Origin: Paenibacillus koleovorans NBRC 103111
Lineage (GTDB): Bacteria > Bacillota > Bacilli > Paenibacillales > NBRC-103111
Assembly: GCF_004000845.1 (NCBI RefSeq)
Contig: NZ_BIMA01000177.1
Coordinates: 1-10,179 of the forward strand
Direction: 5' to 3'
DNA: 10,179 nucleotides
Below, piece by piece: positions 1-7,069 of the stretch. Under the pieces are notes generated by a model that was not told the origin of the DNA, did no database searches, and saw nothing but the letters and a program-made list of their open reading frames with translations. Both the position numbers and the translations under genes were made by a program. Positions within the stretch are counted from its first letter, which is position 1. The number at the start of each line of letters is the position of its first letter.

Positions 1-396
1 GGGTATGCCCAGTGTTCGCATCTTCCCGTTGTCCTTGGGGATCTCCACCCTGCGGACCGGATTTGGACGATATTTTCCGTCCCGAACAAGCTTTACGAGT
101 TCATCTCCATTGCCTTTGAGATATGGTAGCAGTTCCTCTACTTCCATCCCATCGACGCCGTGTGCGCCTTTGTTCTTCTTCACTTGCTTGTAGGCCTTGT
201 TCAGATTCTCTCGGCTCAAGATTCGCTCTAACAGCTTGTCCCCTTGGCTGTTTGCGTCGGTGTTGTTGTTTTCCGTTATCCGCTTGTCGGTAAGCGCTCC
301 CGCATACCCTTCGTGTTCCGCACGTTCTCTTTGCGGGCAGCCCTTGCTACAGCAAGGTATTCTGCTTTCTTTTGTCCCGACTTTGGTAACTTTCAT
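1..396 (-). CDS. Group II intron-encoded reverse transcriptase/maturase, N-terminal 132 aa only; the ORF continues past the left edge of the window
   Basis: Minus-strand translation from the ATG at 396-394 reads MKVTKVGTKESRIPCCSKGC...LLERILSRENLNKAYKQVKKNKGAHGVDGMEVEELLPYLKGNGDELVKLVRDGKYRPNPVRRVEIPKDNGKMRTLGIP. LLERI...VKKNKGA.GVDGM and P.PVRRVEIPK..G..R.LGIP are the RT-0/RT-1 signatures of group II intron proteins. A GGAGG SD lies 9 nt upstream (plus 406-410) and an in-frame stop sits two codons upstream. The ORF has no stop in the window, so it is missing from the supplied ORF track. Confidence 0.9.
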   Translation of the reverse strand, partial: MKVTKVGTKESRIPCCSKGCPQRERAEHEGYAGALTDKRITENNNTDANSQGDKLLERILSRENLNKAYKQVKKNKGAHGVDGMEVEELLPYLKGNGDELVKLVRDGKYRPNPVRRVEIPKDNGKMRTLGIP

Positions 397-795
397 TGAC
401 TAACACCTCCTTAGGTTCAACCCTTCATAACGCTTGTCGCGTTACTACTATGGTCTCTGCTGACTTCTCACGATAAATCTTGTTTCAACCGCATATCGCT
501 TATCCGTTTCATGCGTCCGTGAGACCTCCCACGGTAAGTCGCGTAACTTTCATCCCATGTACCCGCCGTATTTACATCCTCGTGTCTGTGCAGTTTATTG
601 GATTTCGCCTTGCTTGGCAGACTCATCCCACTTTGGATGCCTGATGCGGTTCGTGTTCCTCGGGTCAGGACTTTGCCTCCAGCTTCCTTCAGATTCCACC
701 TCGCGATGGACACCCTTGCTCTTGGCTAATGGTTGGCAACTGCCAGCCCCCATAGCGGACTCTCACCGCCTAGCTGCGCGTCATGCGTGGCGCAC
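1..795 (-). mobile_element. Group II intron, 5' portion (ribozyme domains I-III, about 400 nt, plus the start of the domain IV ORF). The 3' part and the rest of the reverse transcriptase lie outside the window
   Basis: The minus strand reads ...acttgcgttg|GTGCGCCACGCATGACGCGCAGC..., matching the GUGYG 5' consensus at 795-791. About 400 nt of non-coding, structured sequence then precedes the reverse-transcriptase ORF start at 396. The only ORFs in 397-795 are short overlapping ones (468..713, 557..841), which fits ribozyme sequence. Confidence 0.75.
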
Positions 796-805
796 CAACG
801 CAAGT

Positions 806-835
806 AAACGAGGCTGCCGTCCGGCAGCCTCGTTT
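806..835 (-). terminator. Intrinsic terminator hairpin for the upstream minus-strand sialidase-like gene, which also appears to be the intron attachment site. The same hairpin can form on the plus strand
   Basis: Perfect 13-bp GC-rich stem AAACGAGGCTGCC / GGCAGCCTCGTTT with a 4-nt loop, beginning 8 nt after the stop at 844-846. The stem ends in TTT and is followed by ACTTGCG on the minus strand. Confidence 0.65.
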
Positions 836-843
836 ACATAGAT

Positions 844-2112
844 TCAGCTAATTTCGATGTGCTTCAGGAGATTGCCGTGCATGAGGCTCCCATCCTTATC
901 CAGGCAAAGGATACGATCGCGACGGAACTGATCCGGATAGCCCTGTTCTACGCTCCACGCCCAGTCTATACAAGCATCGTCTTGATTCTCAACTTTGACA
1001 CGAACGGATTTCCAACGGCTGACGGATCGATTGCGCTTGAATCCCTCCCGATTGCCTATTCGGACAAATCGAACATCGAGCCCATTGACCATACGGCTCA
1101 GTCGAAGCTCCCCATCGACAAAGATGGAGATCGTGCCATCCTCACGTAAAATCCGGTACCGGTGGAATTGGGTCGCATCTAGCTCAAAGCTATCCTCCGG
1201 CCGGTCGGCCAAAGAGATGCGGTTCGGCTCGAATCGGATCCAGCAGCCCGCACTTATGTTACAACCGTTGATATCCGCCTCCTGGACGGCTAGCTCCGCC
1301 TCGATCTCCACTCGCGCGTGCAAATCTTCCGCAGGGTAGAAAATAAAATTCACTCCATTCTCGTAATGCTCGTCCGTTCGCAGCACCATCGTGCCATCTT
1401 CAATCCAACAGCGAGATTCGTCCCAAATATTCGAGTTTGGTTCGTAGCGGATGTCCTCATATGGATTGAACACGGCGGCATAACTAGCGTAAGTGCCAGG
1501 CGCACTTCGATACGTGATGAGGATATTGCCCGACTGTAGCTTACCCGGTATCGCTCTTTGCCCATAATAAGGCGACAGGACCGGTTCGCTCCATGTAAAT
1601 CCGAAATCCAAGCTGCGGCGGATCATACTAGGCTGCCCGTACATCCCTCCCATATCGCCGCATCGTGAAACCGACAGGAGCTGTCCAGGCGCATATTCGA
1701 CGATACCTACCTCCCCGTCTGCGTATAGCTGATTATTGGCGAGTACACTTCGTAGATGAAACGACTTCCCGCCGTCCGTAGAAGCCATTAGGTAGCACAT
1801 ATAATAGCCGACCGGCTCCAACGTACCGAGCATATTTCCGATGTGCGCCCGGTTATCGGTACGATCGGCACTTTGAACAAGCGTATAGACCAGGTCGCCG
1901 TTTGCCAATTGGTGAATGCGCTCCGGCTCCCCTCCGATATCATCGATTTTTCTCGGATCGCTCCATGTCAGTCCGTCATCTTCGCTCCATAGCACATAGT
2001 TGGCCATTTCACGGTTCGGCTTTTGCCACATATACAAGGGACACATGCTCTTCATCCGGCTTACGATTGCCTTTGTCCACAATAATGACCAGCCGTCCGT
2101 CCGGCAACGCAT
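844..2112 (-). CDS. BNR/Asp-box repeat sialidase-like glycoside hydrolase, C-terminal 422-aa frame (beta-propeller blades plus a LamG/concanavalin-like C-terminal domain)
   Basis: Three Asp-boxes of the S-x-D-x-G-x-T-W/F type: SEDDGLTWS, STDGGKSFH, SLDFGFTWS. The C-terminal roughly 150 aa (FHRYRILREDGTISIFVDGEL...) looks like a LamG-type jelly roll. There is a stop codon immediately upstream of the annotated M, so this frame cannot supply the N-terminus. Confidence 0.8.
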   Translation of the reverse strand: MRCRTDGWSLLWTKAIVSRMKSMCPLYMWQKPNREMANYVLWSEDDGLTWSDPRKIDDIGGEPERIHQLANGDLVYTLVQSADRTDNRAHIGNMLGTLEPVGYYMCYLMASTDGGKSFHLRSVLANNQLYADGEVGIVEYAPGQLLSVSRCGDMGGMYGQPSMIRRSLDFGFTWSEPVLSPYYGQRAIPGKLQSGNILITYRSAPGTYASYAAVFNPYEDIRYEPNSNIWDESRCWIEDGTMVLRTDEHYENGVNFIFYPAEDLHARVEIEAELAVQEADINGCNISAGCWIRFEPNRISLADRPEDSFELDATQFHRYRILREDGTISIFVDGELRLSRMVNGLDVRFVRIGNREGFKRNRSVSRWKSVRVKVENQDDACIDWAWSVEQGYPDQFRRDRILCLDKDGSLMHGNLLKHIEIS

Positions 2113-2413
2113 TCAATTCCGGCGCGATCCAAACCGCTTGGTCGTGCTCCACATCGAGATGCGAGATCGACCGATGGCCCTCCCACGTTCGGCCTCCGTC
2201 ATAGGAATAGCAGACCATAATATCGCTTGACCTCAGCATGTGTTGATCGGCCAACCGATAAGTACATACTATGCCTCTCTTCGTTTTCGCCATCCCAGCC
2301 ACATGTAAGTAAATCCCCGGCTCCTTGCGAATATCCACTTTGTTGCTCTCCTGCAAATGCTTCATTCCGTGAAAGTTAGCAGTGTTTGGCATGCCTCTCA
2401 CTCCTTTATCCAT
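2009..2413 (-). pseudogene. N-terminal fragment of the same sialidase-like gene in a different frame. Together with 844..2112 it forms one gene interrupted by a frameshift somewhere in the 2009-2112 overlap
   Basis: The fragment carries a fourth Asp-box (SYDGGRTWE), and a 127-134 aa piece cannot form a propeller alone. The likely true start is the second ATG at 2392, which has an AAGGAG SD 8 nt upstream (...aaggagtgagaggcATGccaaac); the first ATG at 2413 has no SD. There is no signal peptide. Confidence 0.6.
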
Positions 2414-2640
2414 CTAATAGTTGCCTTCACAGCAACAATATGGCATCGGAAATTGAGATTCAATGGAGTTTGGAGAAGTCCGTCGGATTGGATAAGCGAA
2501 TCGTCGCTTTAGATATCCTCTCGCGTATGGGGTAGCATTTCAACGAAAGGATGAGGAAAACGTTGTACGGTCGCGGGGGTTGTGTTATTTTACTCTTAAA
2601 ATGAAAGGCGGGTATTGCAATCGAAACATTAGAGGAATTT
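2414..2640. promoter_or_regulatory. Divergent promoter/operator region between the sialidase-like gene (minus) and the AraC-family gene (plus)
   Basis: This 227-bp intergenic region separates divergently oriented genes. Near 2565-2600 there is a possible TTGTAC -17- TATTTT promoter for the AraC gene, and near 2507-2519 a small palindrome AAGCGAatcgTCGCTT. The promoter assignment is weak. Confidence 0.3.
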
Positions 2641-3522
2641 ATGACCCGGGTGCCTCTTGTCCCCCATATGAGGAAAGCAAGCGTCGCCAAACGAAAAACA
2701 GCCTTGCACCCACCTGGGCGAAGGCTATTGGATTATCAGTTGATCCATGTGGAAGAAGGCAATGGGACGCTTTGCATAAACGAACGGTGCTACTCCTTGC
2801 GCCCGGGTCATCTTGCCTTAATTCAGCCTAATGAGTGGAACTCCCTTCATAGCGACGGTCCGTTTCGGTTCGCCTTTGTTCATTTCGATGTGTTTTTCCA
2901 GCAGTTCCGTTCGCATCCGGATTCAGCTATTCATATCGATTTGGATTTGAATCTATCCAGCGAGTTTGCCCGAATGACGCAGCCCCGGCTGAACGGCTTT
3001 CCACAAGTGAATATCCCGGTTATCCTCCAGTTCGCAAAGACCGTACCGATAGTTAACACCATTAACCAAATCGCTGGCCTATGGCTGCGATACAATCCCT
3101 TGGCACAATTGGAAGCGGATCAGCTTACTTCGACACTGGTGTTGTCCATTCTGCGTGAATTTATGAGCATAGGAAAAGAGGTCCCCCGCTCTATGGGTTT
3201 ATCGCTGGAATGGGTCCCTACCTATATACAAGCGCACATTAACGAACCGATTACGGTAGCCGATCTGGCGGAACTAAACGGGTATTCGGTTTCGCATTTT
3301 TCTCAATTGTTTCGACATCGTTACGGGTTGAGCGTTCACCAGTTCGTCCTAGAATCACGTATTTCGCTGGTCAAAAAATTACTGGTTACCACCCGGTTAT
3401 CACTAGTCGATCTAGCTAGCGCAAGCGGTTTCGCCAATCGTTATCACCTGTCTAAGGCATTCAAGAAATTGACCGGCCGCACACCTACTGAATTTAGGGA
3501 TAACGAACCGCCAACCAAATAA
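2641..3522 (+). CDS. AraC/XylS-family transcriptional regulator (N-terminal cupin-like sensor domain, C-terminal dual HTH)
   Basis: The C-terminus VADLAELNGYSVSHFSQLFRHRYGLSVHQFVLESRISLVKKLLVTTRLSLVDLASASGFANRYHLSKAFKKLTGRTPTEFR is a canonical AraC HTH pair. The start has an AGAGGA SD just upstream. Confidence 0.9.
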   Translation: MTRVPLVPHMRKASVAKRKTALHPPGRRLLDYQLIHVEEGNGTLCINERCYSLRPGHLALIQPNEWNSLHSDGPFRFAFVHFDVFFQQFRSHPDSAIHIDLDLNLSSEFARMTQPRLNGFPQVNIPVILQFAKTVPIVNTINQIAGLWLRYNPLAQLEADQLTSTLVLSILREFMSIGKEVPRSMGLSLEWVPTYIQAHINEPITVADLAELNGYSVSHFSQLFRHRYGLSVHQFVLESRISLVKKLLVTTRLSLVDLASASGFANRYHLSKAFKKLTGRTPTEFRDNEPPTK

Positions 3523-3550
3523 AATAGACCAACTCTAGATTAATTTCGTT

Positions 3551-4813
3551 CTAATCCTCCAAATAGGGAATGGTTAGAGGGCCTTGCGGAAGGACGGCTA
3601 TCGTCATCGAGTCACCATATTTCCCTCTCAAGTTGATTATCGTGTCGCTCAGATTCGAGGCTGGTCGAAGCAATGCTTGCTTGACTTGCTCCTCCGTAAG
3701 CATCGAGTGTAGATAAACATCAGCCCACATTTGAATGACGGCTTGCTTCTGAACCTGCCATTGATCGAACATCTTAAATTCAGGATTCTCGATCATGCTG
3801 AGAAGCTTCTCAGGTGTATCGGCCATTCGTAGAATTCGGGCGTAATTGCCATGGTCGGGAATCCCGTCCGAACATTCGGCAGCGCAAATAATCGTTCCGC
3901 CTTGCTTCACAATTTTATGGGCGGCGCTCATCCCCTTCACAGCCTGGTACAAATTCTGATCCAGCGGATAGCCGGAGTTTGAAGTGAGGACGACATCGAA
4001 TCTGCTCTCACATCGGACCATGGCATGCTTTTGTGTATACTCGCATCCCTGCCTATGGGCTTCGAACAGCTCTCCAGCAAATACATTCGTTATCTGTTTC
4101 TCCCCGTTCAACGTCACATTGAGCATAAAATCAGGTTTGCACATCAGATTGACTTCTCGCGCCATCTCTTGCAGAGGGTTGCCCTTCATCGTTCCCCAGG
4201 TTGCCAGCGGATGCCCGATCATCTGAGCGTTATGGAATGTCATAATCGTCTCGAGCCCGGCAATGCCCGGCATAATCCCTTTGCATCCTCCCGAGAATCC
4301 AGCGAAAAAATGGGGCTCGATAAAGCCGGTGACGATCCGGAAATCAGCTTCCACATAAGCTTTGTTCAAATAAACATCGCAACCAAAGGAACTATGGCCG
4401 ACTTTGACCAGTTCGTCTGGGTTTTGACAGTGATGGTTAATGACATTAACTTGATCTACGACATCTCTTCCAAGCATTTGTATGAATTCTTCCCGCGTCT
4501 GATCGCGATGCGTGCCGGTCCCGTTAATGATCGTAACCCGGTCCGTCGGCACATGGCTCAGCTCCTTCAACAACCAAGGAACGAGCTTATGGTTCGGTGT
4601 AGGACGCGTAATGTCGCTGATCACGATCGCGATGCGGTCCGAACTTTTGACCAAGTCTCGTAAGGGTGCCGAACCTATCGGTTCGCGGAGCGCAGCGAGC
4701 ACCGCCTGCTCTTCATCGTCCACCATCGGATGAGCTTTCGGCTCAAGAATGACCGCATGATCCGGCAGTTGTACCGGCAATCCCGTACGACCATATAATA
4801 AATTCACTTCCAA
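3551..4813 (-). CDS. larA: LarA-family (lactate racemase-like, DUF2088) nickel-pincer-nucleotide-dependent 2-hydroxyacid racemase/epimerase
   Basis: The 420-aa protein contains GFIEPHFFAGFSGGCKG, the motif holding the cofactor-tethering Lys. It also has TGTHRD and TFHNAQ, the two catalytic His, and SNSGYPLDQNLYQAVKGM, which matches the L. plantarum LarA GGYPLDQNIYQAVKGM. The start is TTG at 4813-4811, preceded by an AAGGGGG SD with an 8-nt spacer. Confidence 0.85.
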   Translation of the reverse strand: MEVNLLYGRTGLPVQLPDHAVILEPKAHPMVDDEEQAVLAALREPIGSAPLRDLVKSSDRIAIVISDITRPTPNHKLVPWLLKELSHVPTDRVTIINGTGTHRDQTREEFIQMLGRDVVDQVNVINHHCQNPDELVKVGHSSFGCDVYLNKAYVEADFRIVTGFIEPHFFAGFSGGCKGIMPGIAGLETIMTFHNAQMIGHPLATWGTMKGNPLQEMAREVNLMCKPDFMLNVTLNGEKQITNVFAGELFEAHRQGCEYTQKHAMVRCESRFDVVLTSNSGYPLDQNLYQAVKGMSAAHKIVKQGGTIICAAECSDGIPDHGNYARILRMADTPEKLLSMIENPEFKMFDQWQVQKQAVIQMWADVYLHSMLTEEQVKQALLRPASNLSDTIINLRGKYGDSMTIAVLPQGPLTIPYLED

Positions 4814-4950
4814 TTTCGTAACCCCCTTAACGGATGCTGGTCCTATTAAGACTGTACACTATTGAAGGTCCATTGTCTCAAGGGTTTTGATACTTTTATG
4901 GCAATATATATTGACTACGGCAGTGGCTAAGGCATTGAGTAACCGCTGGA

Positions 4951-5196
4951 TGCAGTCCGAAAAAGTCGGACAGCAAGGCCGCTCATGGGAGGATTATGCC
5001 CCCCAGTCCGAGTTTGCCGAATTGGAGCGGGGGTTTCTGTAAGAGGTGCGTAAAAACGCCTTTGTAAGTGGGTAAACTCGGACTGGAGCACCCCTACATT
5101 TAGCGGGTGCACCCGTAGTCAGGAAAAGTCGGACTACTGCACGATGGAGGCCTTTGTCTCCGTCTCTGGAGAGGGGGGAACCTTTGGGTTCGCCCC
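4951..5196. other. Cluster of nested hairpins and inverted repeats in the 400-bp spacer upstream of larA. It could be a structured leader, an sRNA or a decayed small repeat element
   Basis: Hairpin TGCAGTCCGA-aaaag-TCGGACAGCA at 4951-4975. A 13-nt perfect long-range inverted repeat, CCAGTCCGAGTTT (5003-5015) against AAACTCGGACTGG (5074-5086). A 10-nt palindrome GGGTGCACCC near 5105-5114. A second GTAGTC..AAAAGTCGGACTAC unit repeating the AAAAGTCGGAC motif. A GGGGGGAACC-tttg-GGTTCGCCCC hairpin at 5173-5196. Confidence 0.35.
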
Positions 5197-5213
5197 AAAA
5201 AACTATATTTTCT

Positions 5214-5246
5214 ATTAAAAAAAAGACACCTTTTCAGGTGTCTTTC
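5214..5246 (-). terminator. Rho-independent terminator of the pspA-ydjGHI-like operon
   Basis: Perfect 10-bp stem AAAGACACCT / AGGTGTCTTT (5222-5231 / 5236-5245) with a TTTC loop. On the minus strand it is followed by a run of 8 T (plus A-run 5217-5224) and sits 30 nt after the stop at 5276. Confidence 0.85.
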
Positions 5247-5275
5247 GCCATTGTTGAGCCAACCATCCCTTGCAG

Positions 5276-6262
5276 CTAACCGAGCTTTTGTCCGCAATTC
5301 GAACAGAAGTTAGCCCCCTCGGTTTTTGTACCGCAGTTCGGGCAGAAGTTCGGTTTATTCGTGCCGCTTGGAGCAGATGGAGATGAAGGTGACCCGTTTT
5401 CCGCCGACGGCTTCTGGGCATTGTTCATGTTCCTCATCATTTCATTCGCCATGTTCATCCCCATCATCATCCCAGCCATATCCGCCGCAGCGCCTCCGCC
5501 TTTCACGTTGCCGGAAGCTATACCATCGGTCATACTGACCTGTTGATACTTCTGGAGGTTGCCAATCATCTCATGCGAGGCGGTCTTCGTAATCATCGCT
5601 TGAATTTCCGGCGGATAATTGAAGCTCATCACATGGAATCCCGTAATCGTAATGCCGTTGTCCAGCATTTGCATGTCGAGGTCTTCCTGAATCCCTCTTG
5701 CAATATTCGATGCGTTCGCTTGCAGGTTGAACATATCTTTGCCTTCCCGGCTAATCCACTTCATAAGCAGCTGATCGAGCACGGAAGTCAACCGAAGCTT
5801 CACATCTTCCACTAGATAGCTGTTTTTGATCCCGGCGATTTTATCGATAAGCGCAACATAATCATTCACCTTGAACATAAATGTACCGTTGGCCCGAATC
5901 GGCATCCCGCCCGGGAGCTGGGGAGTCGGAATGAGGATCGGATTTTGCGTGCCCCATCGAACCGTAAACTCCTTCGTATTGACGAACAGCACTTCCACCC
6001 GCATCCCGCTGTTGAAGCCGAATTTGAAGCCCTTTAGCGTCGACAGGAACGGAATGATCTCCGAGTCGATTTTGTACTCGCCTTCCTTCTCGAATATCCC
6101 TTCGATTAAGCCATTGTGAATGAACAAGGCGTCTTGTCCGTGACGGATGATCAGCTTGCTGCCTTTTTTGATTTCCCGGTTGCTCCATTTCCAGAAAATC
6201 ATGTCATCCCGAAACTCTTCCCATTCCACAACATTAGCGAACTGATTGCCGAAAAAGCTCAT
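5276..6262 (-). CDS. ydjI: SPFH/band-7-like protein with a Met/Gly-rich linker and a C-terminal C4 zinc ribbon. It resembles B. subtilis YdjI, the last gene of the pspA-ydjGHI operon
   Basis: The N-terminus is MSFFGNQFANVVEWEEFRDDMIFWKWSNREIKKGS...IIPFLSTLKGFKFGFNSGMRVEVLFVNTKEFTVRWGT. The C-terminus is FCPNCGTKTEGANFCSNCGQKLG. The gene sits last in a pspA-led operon, matching B. subtilis synteny. Confidence 0.75.
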   Translation of the reverse strand: MSFFGNQFANVVEWEEFRDDMIFWKWSNREIKKGSKLIIRHGQDALFIHNGLIEGIFEKEGEYKIDSEIIPFLSTLKGFKFGFNSGMRVEVLFVNTKEFTVRWGTQNPILIPTPQLPGGMPIRANGTFMFKVNDYVALIDKIAGIKNSYLVEDVKLRLTSVLDQLLMKWISREGKDMFNLQANASNIARGIQEDLDMQMLDNGITITGFHVMSFNYPPEIQAMITKTASHEMIGNLQKYQQVSMTDGIASGNVKGGGAAADMAGMMMGMNMANEMMRNMNNAQKPSAENGSPSSPSAPSGTNKPNFCPNCGTKTEGANFCSNCGQKLG

Positions 6263-6283
6263 ATTCTTCCCATCCCTTCAACA

Positions 6284-7069
6284 TTAGAATGAACCTCTGC
6301 TACCGCTATGCGAATGCCCTCCACCGGTTCTTCCGCCACCGCCGCCACCCGAGCCGCTGCTTTTTGCGATTTTTGTTTTGGTCACCGTCGTTCGGATGTA
6401 GCTGTCCCGTCTGTCCACCACGCCCGAATTGCCGGTATCCTCATAGGTTCTTCGATCCACGGTTACCCGTCCGCCCGAGCGATATGCCATAATCCCTACG
6501 ACTATCCCCCCGATTAATAGGGAAACCCCCAGCTGCAGCCAAATGTTGAATAGCGGATTGTTTGGGTTGACTCCCGGTGGAATGCCCATGTAGCGGTACG
6601 AGGTTTCGATATACTTCTGAAAAGCCGATTGGTAGTTTCCGCTTGATAAATCCGGGCTGATTTTGGCGCGAATCTGCTCCAACCGCTTGTCGCCCAAGTA
6701 TTCCTCTGCCTTGTAAAAGCCGGCTAAATACACTTCCCGATGCTTCATATCCACGGTGAGAATAACCGCATTGCCATGAGGCTTATCATACCCCGGTGCG
6801 CGCTTATCGTAAAAATCTTGCGTCATTTTCATAACGTCAGCGTTAGCGGCGTTAGGGGTCGTGAAGATGATGATGTCCGTCTCCCGCAAGGCGCCATATT
6901 TGTTCGCCAGCTCGTTCAGTTCGGTGGATTCGTCTTTGCTCAGCAGCCCCGCTTCATCGAAGATGAGCGACTTGGAGGACGTCGCGGCGTAAGTCGTTCC
7001 AGCGTTTGTCGCAGCTATAATGATGGCTATAAGTACAAGCACGGCGAAGATCGCTGTCCACTTCTTCAT
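6284..7069 (-). CDS. ydjH: TPM-domain (TLP18.3/Psb32/MOLO-1-like) membrane-anchored protein with a Gly-rich C-terminal tail, YdjH-like
   Basis: The true start is the internal ATG at 7069-7067, which gives MKKWTAIFAVLVLIAIIIAA as a signal/anchor. It has a GGGAGG SD 9 nt upstream and overlaps the upstream stop as ATGA. The track ORF 6284..7252 carries a spurious 61-codon 5' extension that runs into the preceding gene. The tail reads SGSGGGGGGRTGGGHSHSGSRGSF. Confidence 0.8.
   Translation of the reverse strand: MKKWTAIFAVLVLIAIIIAATNAGTTYAATSSKSLIFDEAGLLSKDESTELNELANKYGALRETDIIIFTTPNAANADVMKMTQDFYDKRAPGYDKPHGNAVILTVDMKHREVYLAGFYKAEEYLGDKRLEQIRAKISPDLSSGNYQSAFQKYIETSYRYMGIPPGVNPNNPLFNIWLQLGVSLLIGGIVVGIMAYRSGGRVTVDRRTYEDTGNSGVVDRRDSYIRTTVTKTKIAKSSGSGGGGGGRTGGGHSHSGSRGSF

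Noticed and set aside
5-403. Plus-strand ORFs 5..193 and 197..403
   Set aside because: They are antisense to the clearly recognisable group II intron maturase frame, and they have no SD or homology-like features.
468-841. ORFs 468..713 (minus) and 557..841 (plus)
   Set aside because: They lie inside intron ribozyme domains I-III between the GTGCG 5' end and the maturase start. They overlap each other and the terminator hairpin, so they are most likely non-coding.
859-2230. ORFs 859..1149, 995..1339, 1318..1539, 1350..1565, 1902..2204, 2000..2230
   Set aside because: They are alternative-frame or antisense ORFs inside the sialidase-like gene. The Asp-box-containing frames account for this region.
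2460-2831. ORFs 2460..2690 (minus) and 2580..2831 (plus)
   Set aside because: They overlap the divergent promoter region and the start of the AraC gene in other frames. They carry no motifs or SD.
3984-4733. Plus-strand ORFs 3984..4226, 4025..4663, 4512..4733
   Set aside because: They are antisense to the LarA-family gene, whose frame has unmistakable family motifs.
4927-5421. Minus-strand ORFs 4927..5112, 5100..5297, 5215..5421
   Set aside because: They use GTG/TTG starts without SD and run through hairpins and the operon terminator. Their amino-acid composition is skewed by the palindromic repeats, so I treat the region as structured non-coding DNA.
5326-6188. ORFs 5326..5538, 5361..5546, 5543..5815, 5862..6188, 5871..6119
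   Set aside because: They are alternative frames or antisense within the SPFH (ydjI-like) gene.
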